Source of the DNA: Thermodesulfobacteriota bacterium
Lineage (GTDB): Bacteria; Desulfobacterota_D; UBA1144; Nemesobacterales; Nemesobacteraceae
Assembly (NCBI GenBank): GCA_965221875.1
Contig: OZ244920.1
Coordinates: forward strand, 489,164 to 553,163
DNA length: 64,000 nucleotides
Reading direction: 5' to 3'
Shown: one piece after another, positions 19,123 through 29,355 of the stretch
Numbering within the stretch: position 1 is the stretch's first letter
How the letters are laid out: each line of letters begins with the position of its first letter
Notes under the pieces: generated by a model
What the model was told of the DNA's origin: nothing
The model's input: only the letters and a program-made list of their open reading frames with translations
Databases searched by the model: none
Translations under genes and position numbers: made by a program

Positions 19123-20331
19123 GGGAATTATATACATAATTACCCAAACAGGATGATGAAATCATGAGAAAGTTTTTGATTCTGGCTTTGCTGGTGGTCT
19201 TTTCAGCTGGTTACGCTGAGGGAAAAGAAGAAGGATATACCTCGATGGTAACAGGAACGATTTATAAAGGGGCGAAGATGGCAAAGGATGGGGTTGTGGT
19301 AGCAACAGGTTACTTGCTGAAAGCGGGGAAATATGGGTTGGAGAAAGGGAAAGATGGTTTCTGGTATTTGACTGGAACCAGCAAGTATTATTTGGCTCCA
19401 GTTCTCTCCGCAACAACAGAGTATGCGGGTGCCGTAGTGAATCTCCCCACGATGTTACCCGTCTTGTCTCAGACGCAATGGCTTAACTATCTTGAAAGTT
19501 TGACAAGTTCTACAGCAACCCGCTTCGACAAGGCGTTAGATGCTAAATATCTAGAAACTGCCATGGGCGGGGGCAATCACCGGCTATTTGACGGAGGACA
19601 CACCCTTGGGGGCGCTTGGAAAAATGTTTCCGAGATGTGCGCCGCAACAGGGTGTTCATCCAGGGAACAAGTAAGTGGGTACTTCGGATCTCTCTGGAAA
19701 GATGCTACCACACCGAAAGGTCTCCCCTTTATGACTATGGAAAAGCAGACGTATGATGCTCTTGCCAATCGCTTAAGTGACTATGGAATCAGCAAGCAAT
19801 GGACATACGATGCCTTGTCCTATGACGCACTGGAAGTTGTGGGAGCGGGAATTTCAGCAGCGGTGGTGGTGTATTATTTGGATGCCGGGCAAACAGAAGA
19901 ACTGTCGGAAGCCTTGGGGGCGATTGGAATTGCAAGTATAGCTTCCGCTAATCCTCTTATGGCACTAGTGGCAATTTCATCGGTTGCGTATGCCATTGCG
20001 ACTGGAACTGATTTGAAAGGAACTGCGGTCGCATCGGGAGTGGTAAAAACCGCCATAGTCTCCGGAGCGTTGGTTCTTGTCCCAGGGCCGTTTGTAATGG
20101 GTTTGACGGGGGGTGTAGCACTTTCCATCATGTTCGACAAGAGTGTGAATTACAAGAATTATGAAATTGCCAAGGATTACGTGTTATATAGTGCTTCGAC
20201 TCTAAAGGCTTGGGTCCCGACATGATAGAAGCAATAATCGAGTTTTTAATTGCAGTGATAGGCGGACATTTGAATGACCCCTACCGAAAGAAAACCAAAA
20301 AGAGCTATGGGTAGTCATGTATATAATTCCC
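19123..20331 (+). mobile_element. 1209-bp non-autonomous TIR cargo element: 23-bp terminal inverted repeats, 8-bp target-site duplication GATGAACC
   Basis: Left TIR GGGAATTATATACATAATTACCC (19123-19145), right TIR GGGTAGTCATGTATATAATTCCC (20309-20331); identical GATGAACC at 19115-19122 and 20332-20339; no transposase inside. Confidence 0.75.
19164..20225 (+). CDS. cargo ORF: secreted protein with N-terminal signal peptide and C-terminal Gly/Ala-rich hydrophobic (glycine-zipper-like) region
   Basis: 353 aa; MRKFLILALLVVFSAGYAEG signal; C-terminal ~120 aa of AxxxG/GxxxA repeats; no homolog recognised. Confidence 0.55.
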   Translation: MRKFLILALLVVFSAGYAEGKEEGYTSMVTGTIYKGAKMAKDGVVVATGYLLKAGKYGLEKGKDGFWYLTGTSKYYLAPVLSATTEYAGAVVNLPTMLPVLSQTQWLNYLESLTSSTATRFDKALDAKYLETAMGGGNHRLFDGGHTLGGAWKNVSEMCAATGCSSREQVSGYFGSLWKDATTPKGLPFMTMEKQTYDALANRLSDYGISKQWTYDALSYDALEVVGAGISAAVVVYYLDAGQTEELSEALGAIGIASIASANPLMALVAISSVAYAIATGTDLKGTAVASGVVKTAIVSGALVLVPGPFVMGLTGGVALSIMFDKSVNYKNYEIAKDYVLYSASTLKAWVPT

Positions 20332-20633
20332 GATGAACCAATACATCCGCACGGTCATAATAGCGCCAATGACATCAACACGGCGAGACTACCCCAGTCG
20401 CGTAGATGTCACCTTTCAGAGAAAAAAAGGCCAAGTGGTACTCGATCAGATAAGAACCGTGGATAAGTCTCGTCTGGTCAGGAGGCTGGGTGTCCTGCCG
20501 GATCTGCGCATGCGAGAGGTGGCAGATGTGTTGCGGGAAATGTTCGCCTACGGCGAATGAAGAGAAATATCAGGGCAAGACGATTTTCCGGAACCTTTCG
20601 CGAATGGTGTTGCGAGTTCCCCAAATAATGTTC

Positions 20634-20972
20634 TCAAGGTCTCGGTTTTTCCGCATGTTGCTTGGATACGAGCACAACGTGGTCTTTTTCTATTTCCCTG
20701 TGGAAGTTTTCCGGAAGACGTGTCCAGTCGCGGGCTTCCACCAGAAAGGGAATATTCGACTCCCGAAACGCCTCCGAGAGCGCCCTCAGCCGGTCGGCGT
20801 CAATCTGTCGCAGCCCGGGTGCGCGCAGAGCCAGGTCCAGATCACTTCCGCCATGGCTTCGGCCATGAATACGGCTGCCGTAAGCCCAGGCCTCGACCCC
20901 GGGCAGGTGGCGGCGCAGCAGCACTTCGATTATCTCCCGGTGCCTCGATGATAAGTGCAACTTTTCAGCCAT
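20634..20972 (-). CDS. minimal nucleotidyltransferase (MNT) component of a HEPN/MNT toxin-antitoxin pair
   Basis: GS-x9-SDLDL nucleotidyltransferase motif (AYGSRIHGRSHGGSDLDLAL). Confidence 0.75.
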   Translation of the reverse strand: MAEKLHLSSRHREIIEVLLRRHLPGVEAWAYGSRIHGRSHGGSDLDLALRAPGLRQIDADRLRALSEAFRESNIPFLVEARDWTRLPENFHREIEKDHVVLVSKQHAEKPRP

Positions 20973-21387
20973 TGTCTGTTCCTTCCATTACGTCTGCCAG
21001 AGCCTTGGCGTCGGCCATAAAATCCGGAAGCAGCTTGATCGTGCTCTCGGCGAAACCCGCTCCGTAGCCGTGCGCCGTGTCGTTACGGTTGTCGCGGTAC
21101 GAAAGCCAGCGCTCGCAGGCCTCCGAGTCAATGAGACCGTGCTTGGCGGCGTAGCGGAAAACATCCTTGAAGACCAGCCGGTCAGCCTGACGGTTGTCAG
21201 CGAAATAAGCGCCGAGAACTTTTCTCAGCAGGCTGCCGCTCTGCTCCAGAATGATTTCGAACTCTTTTACGCAGGCCGCGCGGTAGGCGTCATAGGCGAT
21301 TTCCCCCGGGTCTCTGCGTTTCAACTCTTTGAAACAGTGTTCAAGAGTGGCAAGGCAACGTCTGAGAAATTCCGTATCGATGTTCAT
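20965..21387 (-). CDS. HEPN-domain protein (HepT-like nucleotidyltransferase substrate-binding protein)
   Basis: 140 aa with R-x4-6-H HEPN motif region (RDNRNDTAHGY); overlaps the MNT gene by 8 nt. Confidence 0.7.
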   Translation of the reverse strand: MNIDTEFLRRCLATLEHCFKELKRRDPGEIAYDAYRAACVKEFEIILEQSGSLLRKVLGAYFADNRQADRLVFKDVFRYAAKHGLIDSEACERWLSYRDNRNDTAHGYGAGFAESTIKLLPDFMADAKALADVMEGTDNG

Positions 21388-21615
21388 GGTTTTTGAGGCC
21401 TTCCGCCCCGATTGCCTTCAGCTTTTCGGGAAACTCCTGTCTTTGGAAAATACCCCAAAAGAAGGAGGAAGGCAATTGGGTGTGAATGCTGCGTTGTCTT
21501 CACAGTCTCAGTCGCATTTGCTTTTAACAACACTCTTTACGAACTGAGTCAAAGTATTTACTCTCTACAAGTATTTACTCTCTGACCAACATTATCTCCG
21601 TAGCGGGACGGTTTT

Positions 21616-21722
21616 CCATGTCAACTTGTAGAAGAAATAAAATCCGCCATTTCGGCTCTCTCCAAAGAGGATTACGTCCGTCTGCGCGAGTGGTTCTCCG
21701 AGAAGGACTGGAAACAGGGTGG
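21616..21722 (+). pseudogene. 5' remnant (promoter plus ~100 nt) of a ParD/addiction-module-type antitoxin gene, paralog of 36665-36865, frameshifted and truncated by an IS630 end
   Basis: Nearly identical to 36590-36770 (atgtcaact(t)gtagaagaaataaaatccgccatttcggctct...) with a 1-nt insertion; continues directly into the copy of the IS630 transposase 3' end. Confidence 0.5.
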
Positions 21723-21798
21723 ATTGGCGTTTTACGACGGAGGATGCGAGAATCAAGCTTAAATCGCTGTATCAATCAATACAAAACTGATACTATAC
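21722..21798 (+). mobile_element. right-end fragment (last ~70 bp plus TIR) of an IS630-family element, abutting the next copy head-to-tail through a shared TA
   Basis: 21722-21790 ~85% identical to 24763-24831 (transposase 3' end); CTGATACTATAC-TA-GTATAGCATCAG palindromic junction at 21787-21812. Confidence 0.5.
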
Positions 21799-22593
21799 TA
21801 GTATAGCATCAGTTTAGTACTGATGGGTTTTTCAAGTCTGAGTTATTGAGGTAATGTTTCAGGAAAGAATACGGGTGAGCTAAGGCTGAAAGAACACAAG
21901 CTGTCTGTCCGCATTTCGGTGGAACGTTGAGCGGACATTGATTTAGCGTGAGGAGGTCTTGCTGCCCGAGACCGGGAGGCAAACCATGACAAAGAAGTAT
22001 CGAATCAGACTCAGCGAAGAGGAACGTTTGAATCTCACAGAGATAGTGAGCAAAGGGAAGGCGGCTGCGTACAGACGTCGTCACGCGCATATACTGCTGC
22101 TTGCCGACGAGAATTCAGAGTCGGGAGGGATGGTTGACAAGCAGATTGGGGAATCCGTGCTTGTGGGGGTTGCTACGGTAGAGAGGGTACGGCGTCGCTG
22201 TGTTGAGGATGGGCTTGAAGCCGCGCTTGAGCGGCGAGAGCAGAAAAACCGAAGAAAGCCGGTGCTTGACGGGGAAGGGGAAGCAAGGCTTGTAGCCATT
22301 GCCTGCAGTTCTCCGCCGGAAGGTCACGCGAGATGGTCGCTTCGGCTGCTTGCGGACAAGCTTGTGGAGCTTGAGGTGGTGGACAGCATAAGCAGGGAGA
22401 CGGTAAGTAAGGTTTTAAAAAAAATGAACTTAAGCCCTGGAAGAGCAAGTGCTGGTGCATTCCTCCCATAGAGAACGAGGAATTCGTCTGCGCAATGGAG
22501 GACCCTATATGTCAGGGGAGTTGTCGCGATTTTTGAGTTTTCAAGTTTGAAAAAATTAATTTTTTGAAACTTGAAAAAAGGAGGACAACTTCT

Positions 22594-23088
22594 ATGCAGT
22601 ACAGTTACGAATTCAAGGCACAGGCAGTACAGAAAGTTCTTAACCGTGATCCCGAGGTTTCTTTCAATTCCGTTGCCCAAAGCTTCGGCATTGATCATTC
22701 TACTCTGCGCAGGTGGGTGGCTAAATCTCAAAACCATCACCTCGCGGAGGAGAATATGACCAAGGAGAAAACACCCCAGCAGTGGACCCCCGAGGAAAAA
22801 CTCCAGGCCATTATAGCCTGTGAATCCCTGGATTCACAGCAGACAAGCGCCTGGTGCAGGGAAAACGGAATCTTTCCCCACCACATAAAACAATGGAGAG
22901 ATGAGTTTACGCAAAACTCTCCAAAACCTGCGTCGGGGGGTAGAAAGAAAATAAGAGAACTTACAGAAGAGAACAAGTCCCTTAAAAAGGAACTGCGAAG
23001 AAAGGAAAAGGCGTTATCCGAAACTGCAGCTCTTCTGGTTCTTAAAAAAAAAGTCGACCAGCTTTGGGAGAACGAAGAGGACGACTGA
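22594..23088 (+). CDS. IS3-family transposase OrfA (HTH + leucine zipper)
   Basis: MQYSYEFKAQAVQKVL.. with RBS aaaggagg; coiled coil ELRRKEKALSETAALLVLKKKVDQL. Confidence 0.75.
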   Translation: MQYSYEFKAQAVQKVLNRDPEVSFNSVAQSFGIDHSTLRRWVAKSQNHHLAEENMTKEKTPQQWTPEEKLQAIIACESLDSQQTSAWCRENGIFPHHIKQWRDEFTQNSPKPASGGRKKIRELTEENKSLKKELRRKEKALSETAALLVLKKKVDQLWENEEDD

Positions 23089-24119
23089 CTGTGAGTGAAG
23101 ACAGGAAGAAGATAATCGGCGCAATCAATGAAGCGGTGACTTCAGGGGCAAGACGCGCGAAGGCTTGTGAGGTCGCGGGGATAAGCCTGAGAACACTTCA
23201 GAGATGGGCAAAGCCGGGCAATGTTCATGACGGGCGCATAAATGCCCGTCATGAGCCTGCCAACAAGCTCAGCGAGGAGGAAAGAGTGGAGATTGTGAAG
23301 GTTGCAAACAGTCTCAAGTACTCTGATCTGCCTCCGTGCAAGATAGTGCCTTTACTGGCTGACTCAGGGCGTTATATAGCCAGTGAATCGACGTTCTGCA
23401 GGGTTCTGGGGGAGAAGGGACAGATGACCCATCGTCACCGCTCAAAACCAAAGAGCAAGAAAAAACCCAGAGAACTTAAGGCCACGGGCCCAAACCAGGT
23501 TTACAGCTGGGATATAACGTGGATCCCCGCAAGAATAACGGGGATGTACTTTTATCTGTATATGGTGATGGACATATACAGCAGGAAAATAGTTGGATGG
23601 CAGGTCTATGAGAGAGAATCAAGCGCCAGGGCCGCCGATCTTATGACCGATATATGCGAGAGGGAAGGAATAAGACCCGATCAGGTGACTCTGCACTCCG
23701 ATAACGGAGGGGCGATGAGGGGAGAGGTTATGCTTGTGACCTTGCGGCGTCTCGGGGTGGTTCCGTCTTTCAGCCGTTCCGGGGTAAGCAGTGACAACCC
23801 TTATTCGGAGTCTTTGTTCAAGACGATGAAATACGTGCCGTATTATCCGCAGAAGGGGTTTTCGGAGATAGTGGAAGCACGGCAGTGGGTTGATAAATTC
23901 GTTACTTGGTACAACACGGAGCATCTGCACAGCGCTATAAAGTTCGTTACGCCCAAGCAGCGTCATGATGGTCTTGATAAGGAGATACTATTGCGACGCG
24001 CTTATGTATACGAGCAGGCCAGGGAGAAGAATCCCGCTCGGTGGTCAGGCAAGACGCGGGACTGGTCTGAGATACTGGAGGTGTTTCTTAATCCTGACAA
24101 CACAAAGAAAGCAGCTTGA
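23064..24119 (+). CDS. IS3-family transposase OrfB (rve integrase core), expressed by -1 frameshift from orfA
   Basis: DDE rve motifs YSWDITWIP..MDIYSRKIVGW..HSDNGG..WYNTEHLHSAI. Confidence 0.75.
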   Translation: MGERRGRLTVSEDRKKIIGAINEAVTSGARRAKACEVAGISLRTLQRWAKPGNVHDGRINARHEPANKLSEEERVEIVKVANSLKYSDLPPCKIVPLLADSGRYIASESTFCRVLGEKGQMTHRHRSKPKSKKKPRELKATGPNQVYSWDITWIPARITGMYFYLYMVMDIYSRKIVGWQVYERESSARAADLMTDICEREGIRPDQVTLHSDNGGAMRGEVMLVTLRRLGVVPSFSRSGVSSDNPYSESLFKTMKYVPYYPQKGFSEIVEARQWVDKFVTWYNTEHLHSAIKFVTPKQRHDGLDKEILLRRAYVYEQAREKNPARWSGKTRDWSEILEVFLNPDNTKKAA

Positions 24120-24841
24120 TATGACTGAAAACAGTTTGACATGGAGACTATTGGAGGTAATCGTTAGGGCGATCGACTTAAAATATGCGACAACTACCCT
24201 GAAAAACACCGAGGACGTGCTGAGCGTGTATCAGCGTGAATTCAAGGACGATGAAGTGCTTGTGTGCATGGATGAGACCACAAAGCAGCAGACAAAGGAA
24301 ACACGTGTTCCCATTGGGATGGGGCCCGGAAGGGAAGCGATATATGATTATGAATATGAACGCAACGGGGTGAGCAATCTGTTTATGCTGTTTGCGCCCA
24401 TTGAGGGCAGGCGTCATGTGGAGGTGACGGAACGGAGGACGAAGGAGGATTGGGCTGAGGCGATACGGGGTCTTGTGGATGTGCATTATCCCGGCAAGCG
24501 AATTGTTCTGGTTATGGACAATCTGAATACTCATGGTCCGGCGTCTTTTTACAAGGCGTTTTCCCCCGAAGAGGCGCGCAGGATTATAGAGAGGCTTGAG
24601 ATTCACTACACTCCGAAGCATGGGAGTTGGCTTAACATGGCAGAGATAGAGATAGGAGTTCTTCGGCGTCAGTGTCTTGACCGTCGTATAGGGGATCGGG
24701 AGACTCTGGGGCGAGAGGTGAGTGCTTGGCAGGATAAGCGCAACGAAGACGGAAACACAGTGGATTGGCGTTTTACCACGGAGGATGCGAGAATCAGGCT
24801 TAAATCGTTATACCCATCAATGCAAAACTGATGCTGTACTA

Positions 24842-26033
24842 GCGTAGTGTCCTAGTTATACCTTTAATTATTCTTCTGCTGTGGTAGAATAACAATACCA
24901 TAGCTTGGAGGAAAATTAATGCGTATTGCGGCGGCAATAGAATTATCGGAAGAAGAGGGGAAAAAGCTAAAGCGTCTTTCATCATCTCGGAGTATATCTG
25001 TGGGACTGCACCACAGAGTTCGCATTGTGCTGATGTCCGCTGAGGGAAAGACAAACAAAGAGATTTCCGCTGAACTCGGACTGTCCCAGCCCACAGTAAG
25101 TTTGTGGCGCAACAGGTTTGCGGAGGAAAGGATAGAAGGCATTGAGAAGGAACGTCCCCGGGGAGGCAATCATGGTGGAAGAGATTCTGAGGAGCAGCAG
25201 AGGTTGCGGACAAAGATAATTGAAGCTACGACACAGACGACTCCTTCGGACGCAACGCACTGGTCGTGTCGCAGCATGGCGAGGGCTATGGGCACTACCC
25301 ACAGTTTTGTAAACAGGGTATGGAGAGCCAATGGGCTGAAGCCCCATTTGATAAAGACGTTCAAGCTGAGTAACGATCCGAAGTTTGAAGAGAAGCTTGT
25401 GGATGTGGTGGGGCTGTATGTGCATCCGCCGGAGAATGCGGTGGTGTTCAGCTTTGATGAGAAGAGCTCAATACAGGCGCTTGACAGGACTCAGCCGGGG
25501 CTGCCGCTGAAAAAGGGTCGAAGTGGTACAATGACGCATGACTACAAGCGTCATGGAACGACATCTTTGTTTGCGGCTCTGAACATAGCGTCGGGGGAAG
25601 TGATAGGGAAATCCTACCGCAAGCATCGTCATCAGGAGGTGTTGAAGTTTTTCAAGGAAGTGGAGAAGTCGGTAGACAAGGGTTTGGAGATACATGTCAT
25701 TCTGGACAATTACAGCACGCACAGGCACAAAGATGTGCTTGAATGGATAGAGAGCAAGAAGCGGATATATCTGCACTTCATACCGACAAGTTCTTCGTGG
25801 TTGAATTTGGTGGAGCGTTTTTTTTCAACTCTTACGGAAAAGCAGATACGTCGGGGTGTGTTCACTTCAGTTGCGCATTTGGAAAAAAGCATAAAGAACT
25901 ATTTGGATACGTACAATGAGAATCCTCGTCCGCTGGTATGGACGAAGTCTGTTAAGGAGATAACACAGAAAGTAGGAAGAGGTCGGAGAGCACTTGCGGA
26001 ACAAAACTAAAGATGTAATTAGGACACTACACT
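24842..26033 (+). mobile_element. IS630-family element (copy B), 1.19 kb, ~21-bp TIRs, flanked by TA, directly abutting copy A
   Basis: Left TIR GCGTAGTGTCCTAGTTATACC (24842-) vs right-end reverse complement GTGTAGTGTCCTAATTACATC (..26033); TA at 24840-24841 and 26034-26035. Confidence 0.7.
24919..26010 (+). CDS. IS630-family transposase (HTH + DDE_3)
   Basis: 363 aa; N-terminal HTH (KTNKEISAELGLSQPTVSLW), FDEKSSIQALDR, DNYSTHRH, SSWLNLVERFF motifs. Confidence 0.85.
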   Translation: MRIAAAIELSEEEGKKLKRLSSSRSISVGLHHRVRIVLMSAEGKTNKEISAELGLSQPTVSLWRNRFAEERIEGIEKERPRGGNHGGRDSEEQQRLRTKIIEATTQTTPSDATHWSCRSMARAMGTTHSFVNRVWRANGLKPHLIKTFKLSNDPKFEEKLVDVVGLYVHPPENAVVFSFDEKSSIQALDRTQPGLPLKKGRSGTMTHDYKRHGTTSLFAALNIASGEVIGKSYRKHRHQEVLKFFKEVEKSVDKGLEIHVILDNYSTHRHKDVLEWIESKKRIYLHFIPTSSSWLNLVERFFSTLTEKQIRRGVFTSVAHLEKSIKNYLDTYNENPRPLVWTKSVKEITQKVGRGRRALAEQN

Positions 26034-26426
26034 AGTGTACTGCCTCATAATTGTAGAGACGCCATGAGCGTCGGGCAAATTGATGCCGGGTCCTGTCGAC
26101 TCCAACGAGAAGTTGAGGTTTCGCTTGTTTCCCAGACGGGTATTGTATTCTGCGAAAGACCCGACGGAGCGGGCTCTCGTTAGAGTCAACATTTGAGATA
26201 TTAACACAGTTGTTTCCCAATGGGAAGAATTATGTTATAGTAGGAAGCAAGGAGAAGGTTATGGACTATGAGTTCTGGGTAATGATAGCTGGCTTTGTAG
26301 CTGTTTTAGGCTTCTTGTGGAGGTTCTCACAAGATGTTAGTGGCCAGATAGCTGACTTGAGAGAAAGAATGGCAAAGCTTGAGGGTGTAGTCGAAGGTTT
26401 TATGAAAGGTAACCAATAAACGATGA

Positions 26427-27338
26427 CTAAGCAGATTCCAGATGGGAACAAGGTTGCTTTTGAGGCATTACTAGAACAGATGCTTCTGGGTGAAGCAACT
26501 CAAGAAGAAGAGAGAACATCCGATGAGGAATCTTTCGAGTGTTGTAGCGAAAGTCAAACTCAGCAAGATACTTAGGCATATGTTTCTCTGATATGTGTAT
26601 ATGAGTTCCAAGCACACTTCTCTTGAATAAAGACCAGTAACCTTCAATGCTGTTCGTATGACAGGTTCCAACCACCCATTGCTTTATTCCATGCAGAACA
26701 GTCTTATGTTCATAATCTGAACCCAGGTGCTTATAAGCCCACCACTCATCGGTATTTATCTTTGAACCCTTCATAACGTTCTTTCTGATTACAGGCTCTA
26801 TGGTGCTTCGCTTCGCATCAGGCACTACTTGGGTCTTAACAGATCCATTTCTCTGTGTTATGCCAAGCACCACGGTCTTTCCTTCCGCTCCCCTTCCACG
26901 CTTGCCCGGCTTCTTGCCTCCCATATAGGTCTCGTCTATTTCGATCTCGCCGAATAGCTGGCTTGTATCAAGCTTCGCCATATGAAGGCGTAATTGATGA
27001 GCTATCCGCCACGCGCATTTATAGGTAACTCCAAGCTGTCTCTCAAGCTCCTTAGCGGATACTCCGTGTCTTGTGGAAGTAAAGAGATAAATGGCATAGA
27101 ACCACTTATGAAGCGGAGTAGTAGACTTCTCAAAAAGTGTTCCCTTGCAGGGATAGACGTGATAACCACAGAACTGACAGGCATGCGCCCTGCGCTTCGT
27201 TATGCGATGATACTTTGTCTTCCTGTTGCACTTTTTGCAGACAGGATAACGCTTGGAATAAAACTCCATGATCTTTGCGAGACAAGCATTGTCATTCGGG
27301 AACTCCTGCTGAAATTGATAGAACGAGTATTTTTTCAT
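26427..27338 (-). CDS. IS1595-family (ISXO2-like) transposase
   Basis: 303 aa; N-terminal Zn-ribbon CKKCNRK..CQFCGY, DDE_Tnp_IS1595 core, C-terminal HTNSIEGYWSLFKRSVLGTHIHISEKHMPKYLAEFDFRYN. Confidence 0.8.
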   Translation of the reverse strand: MKKYSFYQFQQEFPNDNACLAKIMEFYSKRYPVCKKCNRKTKYHRITKRRAHACQFCGYHVYPCKGTLFEKSTTPLHKWFYAIYLFTSTRHGVSAKELERQLGVTYKCAWRIAHQLRLHMAKLDTSQLFGEIEIDETYMGGKKPGKRGRGAEGKTVVLGITQRNGSVKTQVVPDAKRSTIEPVIRKNVMKGSKINTDEWWAYKHLGSDYEHKTVLHGIKQWVVGTCHTNSIEGYWSLFKRSVLGTHIHISEKHMPKYLAEFDFRYNTRKIPHRMFSLLLELLHPEASVLVMPQKQPCSHLESA

Positions 27339-27640
27339 TTGACATTAATTCCGAGTGAGTATGTAAATCATACTATGATCGACTTCGCTCCTCATAGTAA
27401 GCAAGATAATGGCCAAGACAGGAAGCGAAATCTATCTGAAGCTGTGCCATCTGTAGAGGTGATAAACGAAGACGCAAAGGGCCTTCTTCTTCAGCGTCAT
27501 TATATCGAAACAATATTTCAAGGATTATCTTTTCTTCCCGACAGTGTACTTCAAACTTGGGGGTACAAGAGATTAACTTAGGCAAATGATTCATATTGGA
27601 TATAAATCCACCTGTTTCTCTACTTGCTGTTAAGGGATAA

Positions 27641-27934
27641 TTGCCCAAAAAAATTTCACTGTCTCGCAAGGACGATTTTCTTACTGTTGAGTTTCACCAC
27701 CTTGAGGCTCCTTTAAAAGAGGTTTATTCAGGACCGTATCAAGGAAAAACAACGCTAGACGGAGAAGACATAGAGGCCGTACTTGATAGAGAGGTAATGT
27801 CGATTTCTGATATAACAGACACTCTTCGGTCTCTTACTGCCACTGTATCAAATATGGAGAAGAGCATAAACAAGACTTTATGGATTGTTGGCCTTGGAGT
27901 GGCTGCTATAGCAATTTTGGTCGCTCTTAAGTAG
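27641..27934 (+). CDS. small hypothetical protein with C-terminal TM anchor (start uncertain)
   Basis: ORF ending ..NKTLWIVGLGVAAIAILVALK. Confidence 0.25.
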   Translation: MPKKISLSRKDDFLTVEFHHLEAPLKEVYSGPYQGKTTLDGEDIEAVLDREVMSISDITDTLRSLTATVSNMEKSINKTLWIVGLGVAAIAILVALK

Positions 27935-28002
27935 ACCTACCATCGAGAAAATCAATCAGTTAATCAATTTCTCGTAAGTAAGCCTTTTCCCCGCAAGTCC
28001 CG

Positions 28003-28240
28003 AGATGGTAAAGTTTATCTGGTCTATAGTGTGCATAGGACGGACATTTGTACGGTTGGCAAATTCGTTAATGTACTTCTTACCGACATACTGTGATAAA
28101 CGCCATAATAACCGCGCTTCAATAAAGCCCAGAGTGACTCAACGCCGTTGGTATGGGCTTCCCTTTAACGTACTCCCCGCTCTTATGATTAACCTTACAG
28201 TGTTCATATCCCAAGTGGGCGAGTATATGCAGTTTTGAAG
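28003..28240 (-). pseudogene. C-terminal remnant of a second IS1595-family transposase gene
   Basis: Minus-strand translation ..HTNGVESLWALLKRGYYGVYHSMSVRS.. matches the IS1595 transposase C-terminal motif. Confidence 0.5.
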
Positions 28241-28566
28241 GTTTGAAACCAAACACCGAATACGAGTTTAGAGATTCGATTCAAGAACGAGCACGGAAAG
28301 AGCGAACCAGTTTTAATCAAGTTTTGCACTGGAAGTCAAGGCACTGCGGGTATCTGACTTCCCGTTACACTTAATCTGAAAGAAACTACCATGTCAGAGA
28401 TTGCATATTACGATTTATTCGGACCATCTTTTCAGTTGAATTCGGACGGTCATTACGAACGAATTCGGACGGCTGAATCTCTTTTTTCTTTTCCCTCAAA
28501 ACAGACTCTAACACGTTCAGAATTTCTCTGTCAAACGACGATTAAAAAGTCTGTTTTTTTTCTCTC

Positions 28567-29355
28567 CTAACAATCACCTTTATTCTCTTCTTTTTCCTTT
28601 GCCGATGTCTGTTTTTCTTCCTTCTCCGCAACGATCTTTCTCATAGATTCCCCGCCGAGTTCAAGACGATGAGAGTTGTGAACGATTCTGTCAAGGATCG
28701 CGTCGGCAACCGTGTTGTCCCCTATCATTCCGTGCCACTCACTCACCGGAAGCTGACTTATCACCACAGTAGAACTCTCCCCGTAACGGTCATCCATTAT
28801 CTCCATCAGATCATATCTCTGGGCCGTGGTCACAGCCTCAAGACCCCAATCGTCTATGATAAAGAGCCCCACTCTGGCAAGCTTTGAGAGAAGCTTGTTG
28901 TAGCTTCCGTCCGCCTTTGCCTGAGAGAGAGCAAAAAACAGTCTTGAGATCCTGTAGTAACGAACCGATACCCCTCTGAGACACGCGTTATGACCCAGGG
29001 CGCACGCTATCCATGTCTTGCCGCTCCCGCAAGGACCCGTTATGAGAAGATTGCGGCCCCGCTCTATCCAGTCCCCCTGGGCAAGCCCTGCGATCTGAGC
29101 CTTTCTCAGGTTACGGGAATGGCCGTAGTCAATATCTGCCAGGTCGGCTTTTAACCTGAAGCGAGCGTTGCTTACGAGACGCTGCTGTTTTCTGCTCTCC
29201 CTCTCAACGCATTCTCTCTCCACAAGCAGTCCGACCCTCTCCGTAAAACCCAGTTCATCGTAAGTGCGGGACTGCTCGCACTGACGCTCAAGCGCCTCGG
29301 CCATGGCTCCAAGCCGAAGTCCCCGAAGACGTGACAATGTCTGTTGCAAACTCAT
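28567..29355 (-). CDS. istB: IS21-family helper ATPase IstB
   Basis: 262 aa; Walker A GPCGSGKT, Walker B LFIIDDWG, IstB family architecture. Confidence 0.85.
   Translation of the reverse strand: MSLQQTLSRLRGLRLGAMAEALERQCEQSRTYDELGFTERVGLLVERECVERESRKQQRLVSNARFRLKADLADIDYGHSRNLRKAQIAGLAQGDWIERGRNLLITGPCGSGKTWIACALGHNACLRGVSVRYYRISRLFFALSQAKADGSYNKLLSKLARVGLFIIDDWGLEAVTTAQRYDLMEIMDDRYGESSTVVISQLPVSEWHGMIGDNTVADAILDRIVHNSHRLELGGESMRKIVAEKEEKQTSAKEKEENKGDC

Larger units (their letters stand above)
18958..20560 (+). pseudogene. mazF: mazF/pemK-type toxin gene disrupted by a 1209-bp TIR element insertion
   Basis: N-part MVGQVRRYDICLVNLDPAQRSEIQKMRPCVVISPDEMN (to 19122) and C-part QYIRTVIIAPMTSTRRDYPSRVDV..VVLDQIRTVDKSRL (from 20332) join in frame after removing the element and one copy of the 8-bp TSD. 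Confidence 0.75.
22510..24208 (+). mobile_element. IS3-family insertion sequence (orfA/orfB with A9 slippery site) nested in IS630 copy A; boundaries +/- 5 bp
   Basis: Left IR TGTCAGGGGAGTTGTCGC (22510-22527) vs right GCGACAACTACCCTGA (24188-24203); orfA/orfB overlap with aaaaaaaaa at 23041-23049. Confidence 0.6.
21986..24831 (+). pseudogene. IS630-family transposase gene (copy A) with A8 frameshift site and disrupted by IS3-family insertion
   Basis: N-part MTKKYRIRLSEEERLNL..(HTH); after the a8 run at 22422-22429 the shifted frame reads LKPWKSKCWCIPP (IS630 hallmark); C-part ..VCMDETTKQ..DDE_3..LVMDNLNTH. Confidence 0.6.
21801..24839 (+). mobile_element. IS630-family element (copy A), itself interrupted by an IS3-family element
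   Basis: Ends GTATAGCATCAG (21801-21812) and CTGATGCTGTAC (24828-24839) are inverted repeats flanked by TA; the transposase gene is split into 21986-22509 and 24209-24831. Confidence 0.6.
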
